From the NCBI GenBank assembly GCA_036677375.1, contig JAVBWO010000020.1, positions 26,960-90,959 on the forward strand: 64,000 nucleotides of DNA, written 5' to 3'. The notes beneath the pieces were generated by a model that worked only from the letters and a program-made list of their open reading frames with translations, had not been told where the DNA came from and ran no database searches. Shown piece after piece: positions 29,351-39,113 of this stretch (position 1 is its first letter; each line of letters opens with the position of its first letter). A program made the position numbers and the translations under genes. The stretch comes from Bacillota bacterium. GTDB taxonomy: Bacteria; Bacillota; Dehalobacteriia; UBA4068; UBA4997.

Positions 29351-29602
29351 AAGCGTATTTTGCGATTCGATGATATTTTGCAGCAGATGAAACCAGTGGG
29401 TCGTAAGGGGCATAGGATTTGTGAGCAAGAAAGGATGGAGGGACGGACGACAGGAAGGTTGGAGGGACGGAAGGACGAACGGAAAGTTGAATGGATGGCC
29501 GGCCGGTATGGCTATTGGTATTGGTAGCATTCTTATATCAGCAAATCTGCCTATGAAATAAGCAACATTCGCTTTGCCATTATCGGGCTTCGCCATACCG
29601 AC

Positions 29603-29663
29603 CCGAATCACCACCTGTACTATCATCACCGGTAGACATGGATAGTGATTCATTTTTTTATGG
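29603..29663 (+). repeat. conserved hairpin + T-tract element, copy 2
   Basis: CCGAATCACCACCTGTA-CTATCATCACCGGTAGACA-TGGATAGTGATTCA-TTTTTTTATGG, in direct orientation relative to copy 1. Confidence 0.6.
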
Positions 29664-30020
29664 CTGGAAATGCATGTTTTGACATCCATTGTTACTTTTC
29701 GTCTCTTTTATCCCCTTTTGGTCGATATCTGTAAATATAATTGTAATTGCTATATTAATTGTTGTTTTTTCGTGATAAAATACGTGTAAAACAAGGATAA
29801 CAAGGATTACATGGTTAACATCCGGCAATTCTCATGGGAAAAAAGTGGGGTTAATGGAAGTCCCCTTAAAAAATAGGAATTGCCAATAGGAATCAAAAAA
29901 TAGTTCACTTCTTTATGGTAGCGTTTTACAAATCCGCATTGCCTGGTTGCAATGAGAGAATAGAGAACCTCGCTACCGGCGAGAAGCATTCATCGCCAAT
30001 GAAAGAGAAGGCAAACCCAC

Positions 30021-32615
30021 GTGGGAAAATTGAAGCCAAGCCTTAAAAACAGAAAAGACATCATTGCCTATATCATACTGATTTCTTTGGCCGCAGTGAT
30101 GATCAATATGATTTGTAAAAATGGCTATTTGTATGGATCGGAAACGGACTGGATTTCTCAACACAGTGTGATCCCCGATTATTTCAGACAAAAATTTTAT
30201 GAAACGGAAAATCTTTTTCCAGATTATGCATTGAATCTGGGCGGTGGGCAGAATATCTATTATTTCTCTTATTATGGCCTGCTTAACCCCATTACATTGT
30301 TTTCCTATCTGCTGCCCGCTGTTCCCATGGCAACCTATGTCTCGGCTTCCGGTATCGCCATGGTTATCATCAGTGTATGTCTGTGCTATCTGTGGCTGAG
30401 AAGCGAAGGCTTTTCCTACGTGATTTCTTGCGTTTCCGCCATTTGTTTTCTATTTGCGGGGCCGGTGATTTTTCATTCCCACCGGCAGGTGATGTTTGTC
30501 AATTATTTTCCCTTTTTGCTATTAGGATTCTTAAGTGTCAAGCAATATTACAAAACACATCAGAAATGGCTGTTGGTGCTCAGTGTGTTTCTTTGCGTTA
30601 TGACCAGCTATTTTTTCAGTGTGGGCTGTATTTTGGCCTTACTGGTTGATGCTGTTTACCAATATGTTGAAATGAGACAGGATTTTACGGTGCGCGGGTT
30701 ATGGCGGGAGATGCTGCCTCTTGTTTTAGGGATCGGCATTGCCGTTTGCATGGCGGCGATACTTTGGCTTCCTACTTTTTATGTCATTGTAAACGGCAGG
30801 GGCGCCGGCGGTAGTTTCCTATCTTCGATCCTGCCGGTACTGCTTCCCGACTTGTCTTATGCTTTCGATGCTTTGCTTTACGACAAGTATTCCTTGGGAC
30901 TGTCCGCCATATCTCTTATCGCCCTCATAGCGGCTTTAATGGGTAAGAAAAAAAATGCGAAAGTCCTTTCTGCGATCTTATTGGCGTTTTTGATTTTTCC
31001 GGTATTTTCCTATTTCCTCAGCGGCACCCTCTATGTGCGGCCAAAGGCATTAATTCCTTTTCTGCCGCTCTATATTCTGATTATCGCAATCTTCTTAACG
31101 GTGTTTGTCAAAAGAAGTGAAGTTGTGAAACCCTTCTGGAGAAGGATATTGGTAGGGGGACTATTTCTTCTGATCATTGGCGTTTCCGGTCTGGTCTGCT
31201 TGCTGGAGAACACAGGGAATGATCTAATTTCCACGGAAGAATCTTTGGGCCACCATCCTCAGATGATTATTGCACAGATTCAGGAGGCCTTACAAAGCAA
31301 AGGGGATGAGCTGGTACCTGCTAAAGAATATTCGGACATACATCATCCGGATAAAATTGCTCTAATTGGGGAAATTTTACAAAAGGACCCTGCTTTTTAC
31401 CGTATGAACGATTTGACCAACAGCAGCTTGAACGGCAACCAGGTTTATGGGGAACGCTATTATCAGACATCCCTTTATTCTTCCACATACAATACGGCAT
31501 ATAACAGGTTTTATTTTGATGTCCTGCATAATCCCATTTCTACCAGGAATCGGGTGAATTGCGCTTCTGCCCCAAATCTCTTCTTCCAGAATTTTATGAA
31601 TGTAAAGTATCTGATCACAAAAAAAACGGAAAACTTGCCGACGGGCTACCGGCAAATTGCCCAAAAGGGCGATTATCTGCTATATGAAAATGACAATACT
31701 TGGCCTCTGGCATTTGCCACAGGTCAAACCATGAAACGGGAGGATTTTGATAATTTGGCTTTTCCCTATAACATGGGGGCTTTGTTTGAGAACATCATTG
31801 TAGAGCAGGACAAAGGGAAAGGGGAAAGGAAAGATTTAACCGGTTTGCGGATCCAAAAGGTCGATTGGACAAGCAAAAATCTTTATGCTGAAAATCAAAA
31901 AAATGTGATGATCCGTAACTTGGACGGACATTGCCATATTGCGGCAAAGAAGAACGCTGCCCTTGAAGTGCCGCTGGATATTGACTTGAAGGATACTATA
32001 TTAATCCTTAGATTTACGGTATCAAATAAAGAAAACCAAGCGAATCTTGATACCTCTATTACCGTCAACGGGATCAAAAATAAGCTGTCAAAGAAAACGG
32101 CGCAGTACCCCAACGGTAACCGGCATTTTGTCTATGTCCTTTCCGCCAATGAATCGACCAAACGGCTTACGGTGAAGTTCTCTCAAGGGAAATATGAGAT
32201 TTATGATTTTGAAGCCTATACTTTGCCCGCGGCGGATATGGAGAAGTCCGCTGGCAAAATGGATTCTTTTCTTGTTGACACCCAAAACACCACCGACCAT
32301 CAAATCGCAGGTGACATCCTAGTTGAAAATGACGGATATCTGGCGACAACTTTGCCCTATGACAAGGGCTATGACATCACGGTAGATGGGAAAAACAAAA
32401 GTTATGAAAAAGTCAATACCGCTTTTGTCGGCTTCCCCATCCAAAAAGGCACTCACCATATTGTGATGGAATATCATGCTCCCTATAAAAGAGCAGGCAT
32501 GATCCTTACCTACATTGGCTTTTTGTTATTTGCTTTGTGCATCGTCATCGATCATAAGCGTAGGAAACTTTCGATTATAAATAACGGTGGCCGAGGAGAA
32601 AACGACAGTGTTTAA
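30021..32615 (+). CDS. YfhO-family polytopic membrane protein (glycosyltransferase of cell-wall/teichoic-acid glycosylation systems)
   Basis: 864 aa. About 13 N-terminal TM helices followed by a large extracytoplasmic domain and a C-terminal TM, the YfhO architecture. Followed by GtrA-like and GT2 genes. GTG start. Confidence 0.65.
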   Translation: MGKLKPSLKNRKDIIAYIILISLAAVMINMICKNGYLYGSETDWISQHSVIPDYFRQKFYETENLFPDYALNLGGGQNIYYFSYYGLLNPITLFSYLLPAVPMATYVSASGIAMVIISVCLCYLWLRSEGFSYVISCVSAICFLFAGPVIFHSHRQVMFVNYFPFLLLGFLSVKQYYKTHQKWLLVLSVFLCVMTSYFFSVGCILALLVDAVYQYVEMRQDFTVRGLWREMLPLVLGIGIAVCMAAILWLPTFYVIVNGRGAGGSFLSSILPVLLPDLSYAFDALLYDKYSLGLSAISLIALIAALMGKKKNAKVLSAILLAFLIFPVFSYFLSGTLYVRPKALIPFLPLYILIIAIFLTVFVKRSEVVKPFWRRILVGGLFLLIIGVSGLVCLLENTGNDLISTEESLGHHPQMIIAQIQEALQSKGDELVPAKEYSDIHHPDKIALIGEILQKDPAFYRMNDLTNSSLNGNQVYGERYYQTSLYSSTYNTAYNRFYFDVLHNPISTRNRVNCASAPNLFFQNFMNVKYLITKKTENLPTGYRQIAQKGDYLLYENDNTWPLAFATGQTMKREDFDNLAFPYNMGALFENIIVEQDKGKGERKDLTGLRIQKVDWTSKNLYAENQKNVMIRNLDGHCHIAAKKNAALEVPLDIDLKDTILILRFTVSNKENQANLDTSITVNGIKNKLSKKTAQYPNGNRHFVYVLSANESTKRLTVKFSQGKYEIYDFEAYTLPAADMEKSAGKMDSFLVDTQNTTDHQIAGDILVENDGYLATTLPYDKGYDITVDGKNKSYEKVNTAFVGFPIQKGTHHIVMEYHAPYKRAGMILTYIGFLLFALCIVIDHKRRKLSIINNGGRGENDSV

Positions 32616-33036
32616 GAGATTTCAAAATCTTTATATAAAATATCAAGAAATGACCAACTATCTCATATTTGGTGTTTTAACTACCGCAGTGAATTGGATC
32701 GTATTCCAGGTTTTCAATGCGGTATTGATGCTGAATTGGAGCATTGCCAATGTCATAGCGTGGATTGTCGCCGTGGTATTCGCGTACATAACCAATAGAA
32801 AGTACGTGTTTCAGTCGGCAAGCCGGCATATACTGAAGGAATTTTTTGTCTTTGTGCAATTTCGGTTGGTTTCGCTACTATTGGAAATGCTAATTATGTA
32901 TCTCTTAATCGAGATGATCACACTGGCGCCGTTTTTGTCAAAGGTTATCACCGCTGTGGCGGTTGTGATTGCCAATTATATCTTCAGCAAATTGATTGTT
33001 TTTAAAGAAAGAAGGCCTGAAAATGGATCTGATTAG
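32587..33036 (+). CDS. GtrA-family small membrane protein (putative lipid-linked sugar flippase)
   Basis: Four TM helices, about 140 aa, GtrA-like. Alternative start GTG 32608 (RBS GAGGAG 10 nt upstream). Confidence 0.65.
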   Translation: MAEEKTTVFKRFQNLYIKYQEMTNYLIFGVLTTAVNWIVFQVFNAVLMLNWSIANVIAWIVAVVFAYITNRKYVFQSASRHILKEFFVFVQFRLVSLLLEMLIMYLLIEMITLAPFLSKVITAVAVVIANYIFSKLIVFKERRPENGSD

Positions 33037-34033
33037 TGTCGTGGTGCCTTGTTATAATGAAGAAGAATCCTTGCCGCTGTTTTACAATAAAATCCGTCAG
33101 GTTTTAGAGGGAATGGAAAATACCGGCTATGAGCTTCTATTTGTTGACGACGGAAGCAAAGACGGCACCCTGTCCATATTGGAAAAATATGCTCTGGACA
33201 ATCGGAAAGTAAAATATATTTCCTTTTCCAGGAATTTCGGCAAGGAAGCGGCGATGTATGCCGGCTTGCAGGAATCGGCAGGGGATTATGTGGTGATTAT
33301 GGATGCGGATCTGCAGCATCCGCCGGAATTGCTGCCCGAAATGTACCAGGCCTTAAAAAATGAAAATGTGGACTGCGCCTGTGCGGTGCGGTTGGACCGG
33401 GACGGTGAACAAAAATTAAGAAGTGTTTTTTCAAGACAGTTTTATAAAATTATCAATCAACTCTCCGACACCAAAATGCCGGATGGAGCAGGCGATTACC
33501 GTATGATGTCCCGGAAGATGACGGACTCCGTCCTTTCCCTCAAAGAATACAACCGCTATTCCAAAGGGCTGTTCACCTTTGTGGGATTTGAAACAAAATG
33601 GATCCCTTATCATAATGTGCCGCGGGTTGCCGGTAAGACAAAGTGGGCTTTTCAATCGTTGTTCAAATATGCCATGGACGGCGTGATATCCTTTTCGGCT
33701 GTTCCGCTGGTATTGTCGTCGTACTGCGGTATCATTTTTTGCATCTTAGCCTTCGGTATGGCCGTTTATACCGCCGTCAAAACAATCATTTTCGGGAACC
33801 CTACCAGCGGCTGGACCACTTTGGTGTGCATTATACTGTTCGTAGGCGGGTTACAGATGTTCTTTTTGGGCATTGTCGGGCAATATTTGTCTAAAACCTA
33901 CATGGAAGTAAAACAAAGGCCTCTCTATATTATCAAGCGCACGAATCTTAGTCCAAATTTTGAGAGTATGCCTGAGATCGGCCGGCCGGATTATCATTTA
34001 GAAAATGTCTATGCCCAGAGGATTTCCCGCTGA
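33023..34033 (+). CDS. GT2-family glycosyltransferase (GtrB/CsbB-like polyprenyl-phosphate sugar synthase)
   Basis: VVVPCYNEE, DDGSKDGT and DADLQHPP motifs plus two C-terminal TM helices. Confidence 0.85.
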   Translation: MDLISVVVPCYNEEESLPLFYNKIRQVLEGMENTGYELLFVDDGSKDGTLSILEKYALDNRKVKYISFSRNFGKEAAMYAGLQESAGDYVVIMDADLQHPPELLPEMYQALKNENVDCACAVRLDRDGEQKLRSVFSRQFYKIINQLSDTKMPDGAGDYRMMSRKMTDSVLSLKEYNRYSKGLFTFVGFETKWIPYHNVPRVAGKTKWAFQSLFKYAMDGVISFSAVPLVLSSYCGIIFCILAFGMAVYTAVKTIIFGNPTSGWTTLVCIILFVGGLQMFFLGIVGQYLSKTYMEVKQRPLYIIKRTNLSPNFESMPEIGRPDYHLENVYAQRISR

Positions 34034-34311
34034 ACCGGCAAATCACACAGACTTCCGGCGAAATGTCCTGGCGCATCATGATTCTGAAAGCGGCTTCCTC
34101 TTTTGGGATCTATTAGGTCAGCCGTATGAAATTTTTGAAGGATTGATCCGGCAGGGGTGGGGATACAGGCGATTTTCTTTACCAATCTTGTTGTTTAACA
34201 GGCAGTTAACGGACGCTGGCAATCCTGATTTTGCAAAAGGTTCGTGTCCGCATGTGTAATGTGAAGGTTTTTTAGTAAAGCGATTCAATTCAGAAAATTA
34301 GAAAAATGATA

Positions 34312-34340
34312 TTGACAAATAGGAAAACGAAGTATATAAT
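34312..34340 (+). promoter_or_regulatory. consensus sigma-A-type promoter (TTGACA-17 nt-TATAAT)
   Basis: TTGACA at 34312-34317 and TATAAT at 34335-34340 with exact 17-nt spacing, upstream of the DUF2294 gene. Confidence 0.55.
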
Positions 34341-34360
34341 AATTTTCAAATCAAGGGCGT

Positions 34361-34756
34361 TTGCGACTATATTTTTCCATAGGCGATGATGTGATGTCTT
34401 CTGGAACATTAGCCGATTTCAAAAAACAGCTCTTCCGGATTTACAGCGATGTCAATAAGGATATTTACGGTGCCGGTGTCATTGAATTAAAGATTAATTT
34501 ATCCGGCAATATGATTATCTTTTTTACCATGGACAATCGGGTGCCGGCATTGCGTGCTTTGGAAGAACGGTATTACCAATTAAAACAATCAGTAGATAAC
34601 GCCTTATTTAATGAATTCAAGCTAAGATTAAAGAAAAGCCTGAAAGAGAAGTTGGGTATTGAGCCTCTCGCTATGCTGAGGGATTATGATACCTCTTATC
34701 AGATGGCGGTAACCATTGCGGTCTTGGCTGAGGATGCATTAAAAGACATTTTGTAG
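34361..34756 (+). CDS. DUF2294-family protein
   Basis: About 120-130 aa, matching the DUF2294 family by sequence pattern. Start uncertain (TTG 34361 is very close to the predicted TSS; in-frame ATG at 34394). Confidence 0.5.
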   Translation: MRLYFSIGDDVMSSGTLADFKKQLFRIYSDVNKDIYGAGVIELKINLSGNMIIFFTMDNRVPALRALEERYYQLKQSVDNALFNEFKLRLKKSLKEKLGIEPLAMLRDYDTSYQMAVTIAVLAEDALKDIL

Positions 34757-34874
34757 GTGGCGATTGTTTATTTAGCGTTTACGTTAGATGAAAAGTCGTT
34801 ATTGAGTACTTCTTTGTACTCAATAACGGCTTTTTTGTTTTTGTACCCATTTTTCACATCAGAATAAGATCTCA

Positions 34875-35477
34875 ATGAAGAAAGGACGTGCTGGGATGCA
34901 TTTGACGGTAGGAATCACGGGAGCAAGCGGCGCCGTTTATGGTTACAGCTTGCTGCGCCGTTTGGCAGAGGCTGGGGTTCAGGTCTCCGCTGTGGCTAGC
35001 GAAACGGGTTGGCAGGTCATGCAACACGAATGTGGCGTAGGCAGGGAAGAACTTGCGCGCTATGGGACTTTTTATGATAACGGAGACTTGTTCGCGCCTA
35101 TGGCAAGCGGCTCTGTTTTATCCGACGGCATGGTGATCGCGCCCTGTTCCATGAATACTTTGGGCTGTATTGCCGGAGGTTTAGGGCATAATCTGATCAC
35201 CCGGGCGGCGGCTGTGACGTTGAAGGAAAACCGTCCCTTGGTCTTGGTAGTGCGGGAAACGCCTTTGAGTGTGATCGCGCTGGAAAACATGTGCCGTCTG
35301 GCCAAAGCGGGCGCTTGCATCATGCCGGCTTGTCCGGGCTTTTATCACCAGCCTGTGGAAATCGGAGAATTGGTGGACAGCGTGGTGGTTCGGGTTTTGG
35401 ATCAGTTCCGCATCGATTCCGACTGGCTGGGGCGCTGGCAAGGCAATGCGAAGGAAGGAAGTGCGCTTGAAAGATGA
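34875..35477 (+). CDS. ubiX: UbiX-family flavin prenyltransferase (prenyl-FMN synthase)
   Basis: GITGASGAVYG flavoprotein motif. About 195 aa. Overlaps the downstream UbiD-family gene by 4 nt. Confidence 0.8.
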   Translation: MKKGRAGMHLTVGITGASGAVYGYSLLRRLAEAGVQVSAVASETGWQVMQHECGVGREELARYGTFYDNGDLFAPMASGSVLSDGMVIAPCSMNTLGCIAGGLGHNLITRAAAVTLKENRPLVLVVRETPLSVIALENMCRLAKAGACIMPACPGFYHQPVEIGELVDSVVVRVLDQFRIDSDWLGRWQGNAKEGSALER

Positions 35478-36835
35478 TCACCCAATTTCGCCAGTTGGTA
35501 TCCTCTTATGAGGCCGAAAAAAAACTGGCTCATGTGACAAGATCCGTAACGGCCAAGTATGAGGCTGCCGCCGTATTGAAAAAGACCGGCGGCAAACTGC
35601 CTTTGGTCTTTGAGCATATTGACGGTTATACCGCTCCGGTGGTGGCCGGGATCGGCGGTAGCCGAGAAGCCATGGCCGCTAGTATGGAGATCGCCCCGGA
35701 AGCCTTAACGGAGCACCTGGAGCGAGCTGTCTGCAATCCTCTGCCGGTGACGCCGGTCACTTGGGCGCCGGTACAGGAAAATGTGATCCTGGCGCCTTTT
35801 ACTTTGACCGATTATTTTCCGGTTTTTACTTATTATGCCAAAGATGCGGCGCCTTTTTTGGTAGCAGGCGTTCTGGTGAACCGGGATATGACCGGGCAGA
35901 AATTATACACCTCCATCCGCCGGATGCAGTATTTAGGCGGCAACCGCTGCAATATCCTATTTTCCTCCGAAATCATGAAAAAACAGCTGAGATATCATGA
36001 AGAAAACAGAATCCCTTTAGACATTGCGGTGATGTTTGGGGTGGTGCCCGCCGTCATGTTAAGCTCGCAACTGAGCAGTCATCTTTATCCTGTCAACAAA
36101 CTGGATGTTGCCGGCGCTTTATTGGGAGAATCGCTGCCGGTGGTGCGTTGCAAAACAGTGAATGTAGAGGTTTTGGCTAATGCCGAAGTGGTGCTGGAAG
36201 GGCAAATCAAGCCGTGGCTCAAGGAAACGGAAGGCCCTTTCGGGGAAATGGCGGGCTATTACGGGGGAATCGCCCCACAGCCGGTGGTGGAATTCAGCGC
36301 TTTGACCTTTCGCCATCAGCCGGTCTTTCAAACGCTTTTCCCCTCGGGCTGCGAAGAGCGGCTGCCCATGGCCTTGACCCGTGAAATGGTTCTGTTGCAT
36401 ACCATACGTCAAACAGTGCCGCAGGTGAAAGCAGTGCATCTGACCATGGGAGGGGTAGGCCGCTATCATGCGGTCATCCAAATCGTCAAAAGCGGCCCGG
36501 GCGACGGCGTACAGGCGGCTTTGGCGGCATTTGCCGCCGATAAGGATCTAAAACACGCGGTGGTGGTGGATCAAGACGTCGATCTCTTTGACATGGCGCA
36601 GGTGGAATGGGCTTTGGCCACCCGGGTGCAGGCAGATCGGGATATCTTCGTGATCCCCGGCGCCATGGGCTCGCCCTTGGAACCTTCCCATAATGTCCGC
36701 CATCTCACAGCGAAAATGGGAATCGACGCCACTTGCCCTCTGGAAGATGTCAATTTTCAGCCGACAACTATTCCCGGCGAGGAAAAGGTCGATTTGGCGG
36801 CATATCTCGATTCGAATTTTATTGACCGGAACTAA
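35474..36835 (+). CDS. UbiD-family (prFMN-dependent) decarboxylase
   Basis: 453 aa, UbiD-like sequence, translationally coupled to ubiX. Confidence 0.75.
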   Translation: MITQFRQLVSSYEAEKKLAHVTRSVTAKYEAAAVLKKTGGKLPLVFEHIDGYTAPVVAGIGGSREAMAASMEIAPEALTEHLERAVCNPLPVTPVTWAPVQENVILAPFTLTDYFPVFTYYAKDAAPFLVAGVLVNRDMTGQKLYTSIRRMQYLGGNRCNILFSSEIMKKQLRYHEENRIPLDIAVMFGVVPAVMLSSQLSSHLYPVNKLDVAGALLGESLPVVRCKTVNVEVLANAEVVLEGQIKPWLKETEGPFGEMAGYYGGIAPQPVVEFSALTFRHQPVFQTLFPSGCEERLPMALTREMVLLHTIRQTVPQVKAVHLTMGGVGRYHAVIQIVKSGPGDGVQAALAAFAADKDLKHAVVVDQDVDLFDMAQVEWALATRVQADRDIFVIPGAMGSPLEPSHNVRHLTAKMGIDATCPLEDVNFQPTTIPGEEKVDLAAYLDSNFIDRN

Positions 36836-37025
36836 AGAGCAACCGAATCCGGTTTGAAAGAAACTGCCGGCGCAAAATGAAAGGGGGATAGAAAAGGAAG
36901 ACGATAAAAAGGGGGTGAGAGTCAAAAAAAGTAAAAACAAATTATATGTAGAATAATAAGTTAAAAAAATTATCCCCGATACCGTTTGATGAGTCGATTT
37001 ATTTTTACTTCCCCATTGTAATAAA

Positions 37026-37640
37026 ATGTTTGAAAGGAAGATGATTATGACCATCAATAATTTAGGAAAAATCAAAAAAGAAGACTGCGCGATGATTATC
37101 ATCGATATGCAGCATGATTTTATTTCCGCCGGCGCTCCCATTGAATGCCCCGGGGGACGCGATATCGTTGCCAATATCTTGAAGCTAAAAACCTGGGCCA
37201 AGGAAAACCAGATTCCTGTTATGTATACCCAGGAAATGCACCGGCCGCAAAAAATCGATTTCGGGATGGAATTGGAACGCAGTGAGCCGGAGCATTGTCT
37301 GGAAGGCACCCGCGGCGTGGAGATCATTGAAGCCCTGTCTCCTTCGGATGACGATTATGTGATCGTAAAACGGCGTTACAGCGGTTTTTATTTAACTGAT
37401 CTGGATGTTCTGATGAAAGGGCTGAACAAAAAAGTCTTGATCATTACCGGCGCCGCCACCAATGTCTGTGTTTATGCCACGGCTTTGGACGCGCATCAAA
37501 GAGATATGCGCTCTATTGTCGTATCGGACTGTGTTGCCGGAACCAGCCGCGATTTGCATGAAGCTTTTTTGCAAAACATTGACTATGTGCTGGGAGATGT
37601 GGTGGCCAGTGACGAACTGATCGGTCATTTCGGCAAATAG
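37026..37640 (+). CDS. isochorismatase-family cysteine hydrolase
   Basis: Catalytic-triad context IIDMQHDF...K...C (VSDCVAGT). Confidence 0.7.
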   Translation: MFERKMIMTINNLGKIKKEDCAMIIIDMQHDFISAGAPIECPGGRDIVANILKLKTWAKENQIPVMYTQEMHRPQKIDFGMELERSEPEHCLEGTRGVEIIEALSPSDDDYVIVKRRYSGFYLTDLDVLMKGLNKKVLIITGAATNVCVYATALDAHQRDMRSIVVSDCVAGTSRDLHEAFLQNIDYVLGDVVASDELIGHFGK

Positions 37641-37673
37641 CCGGATGTGTGACTTACGGGAAGGAAGTGAGAT

Positions 37674-38756
37674 ATGATGGCCTGGCAAGACTTTTTAGCT
37701 GCTATCGCAGTTGTTGTCAACGGATTGCCACAGGGACTTTTGGCGCTTACCTATGGTTTTGGCGCATTGCCGACAGCCATTGGTTTTCTGGTTGGTTCTG
37801 TTTTGATGCTTGTGTTCCAGCAAGTAGCTCCCATCTCTTTTCAGGCGGAATCCATTGTTTTGGCGGGTTCCTTGGGAAAAAACCGTTTGGAACGCTTGAA
37901 TATTGTTTTTTTCACCGGCCTTATTATGGCTTTAATTGGCGGGTTGGGTCTGTTAACACCCACCATTGAATTTATTGGTCCTTCCATTCTTAACGGCATG
38001 ATGGCCGGGGTAGGCATCATGCTTGCCAGAGTTGCCGTTATCATGGTGAAGGAAGACAAAATCGCCGGCGGCGTCGCCCTTCTTAGCGCTGTCCTTACTT
38101 ATTTTTTCACTGGAGGAGATTTGGTCTATACCATCGTGATCAGCGTATTTGCCAGTTCTCTGGTGTGGATCTTTGTAAAGCGGCAAATGAAGAAGAAAGA
38201 AGAGTCGCCAACCGAGGAACCTGAGATCAGCTTGGAAAATGAGAAGCCCAAACGTTTAAAATTAATTTGCAATTACAATGTGGTACGCAGTGTTTTGGCT
38301 CTGGTAACCTTGCAAATCGGTGGCAATATCGCTTATGCCAGCGTCACCGGGGGGATCGCCAACACGGCGGTGAATATCGACCAAATCACATTGTATTCCG
38401 GGCTGGCAGATTCCGCCAGCGCTTTCTTTGGCGGCGGTCCCGTCGAGGCTATTATCAGCGGCACGGCAGCGGCGCCCCACCCTATTGCCAGCGGCGTTAT
38501 TATGATGCTGATTATGGCGGCCATCCTCTTTGCCCGGCTTTTGCCGAAAGTGGCGAAGCATATTCCCAGTCAATCCATTGCCGGTTTCTTACTGGTTTTG
38601 GGAGCGGTTGTGGTTTTTCCGGGTAATATCAGCACCGGTTTAGCGGGAGATCCTGTGGTAGCTGGGGTCACCACTATTGTTACCGCTATCACAGATCCGT
38701 TTATTGGCATGGTTGCCGGCATTGCAACAAAATTCTTAGTAGGCTTTCTGGCTTAG
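37674..38756 (+). CDS. polytopic membrane transporter/permease of uncertain family
   Basis: 10-12 TM helices. Gly/Ala-rich. It sits in the same-strand cluster with the UbiX/UbiD and isochorismatase genes. Confidence 0.45.
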   Translation: MMAWQDFLAAIAVVVNGLPQGLLALTYGFGALPTAIGFLVGSVLMLVFQQVAPISFQAESIVLAGSLGKNRLERLNIVFFTGLIMALIGGLGLLTPTIEFIGPSILNGMMAGVGIMLARVAVIMVKEDKIAGGVALLSAVLTYFFTGGDLVYTIVISVFASSLVWIFVKRQMKKKEESPTEEPEISLENEKPKRLKLICNYNVVRSVLALVTLQIGGNIAYASVTGGIANTAVNIDQITLYSGLADSASAFFGGGPVEAIISGTAAAPHPIASGVIMMLIMAAILFARLLPKVAKHIPSQSIAGFLLVLGAVVVFPGNISTGLAGDPVVAGVTTIVTAITDPFIGMVAGIATKFLVGFLA

Positions 38757-39113
38757 CCGCCCCTTGTAAGCCCTCTTTTGATGAAGATCGCAATACACAC
38801 TTCTCCTTTTTCTTTTTAAGAATCCTTCAGCTCCTCCACATAGATCTGCATAAAATCCGTTATGCCGGATGATATGCCAAAAAATGACTTCGCTGTTCAA
38901 AGGAAATTTGACAGCGGAGTCATTTTGGTATCAGTACCACCTTTAAAACAACTTTGATTTATCTTTGGTTTATCAATATTATAGAAATAAGGTTGTAAGC
39001 AATGATCATAAAGGCGACGCCCTTTGATTCATCTTTGATTCATCATGCAATAAAAAGGTGGCAGACAAATCCATCTGCTGCTTTTCATATGATTGACCAG
39101 GTCATGGATGGGC

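Noticed and set aside
29282-29689. 135-aa minus-strand ORF spanning the purine-rich repeat and repeat element copy 2
   Set aside because: The translation is Pro/His-rich low complexity produced by reading the C/T-rich strand of the GGA-rich repeat. It overlaps the 3' end of the DUF6320 gene and has no start context.
34005-34259. 84-aa plus-strand ORF after the GT2 gene
   Set aside because: It overlaps the GT2 3' end in another frame, has no RBS and an arbitrary Arg/Gly-rich composition. It lies in the spacer before a consensus promoter.
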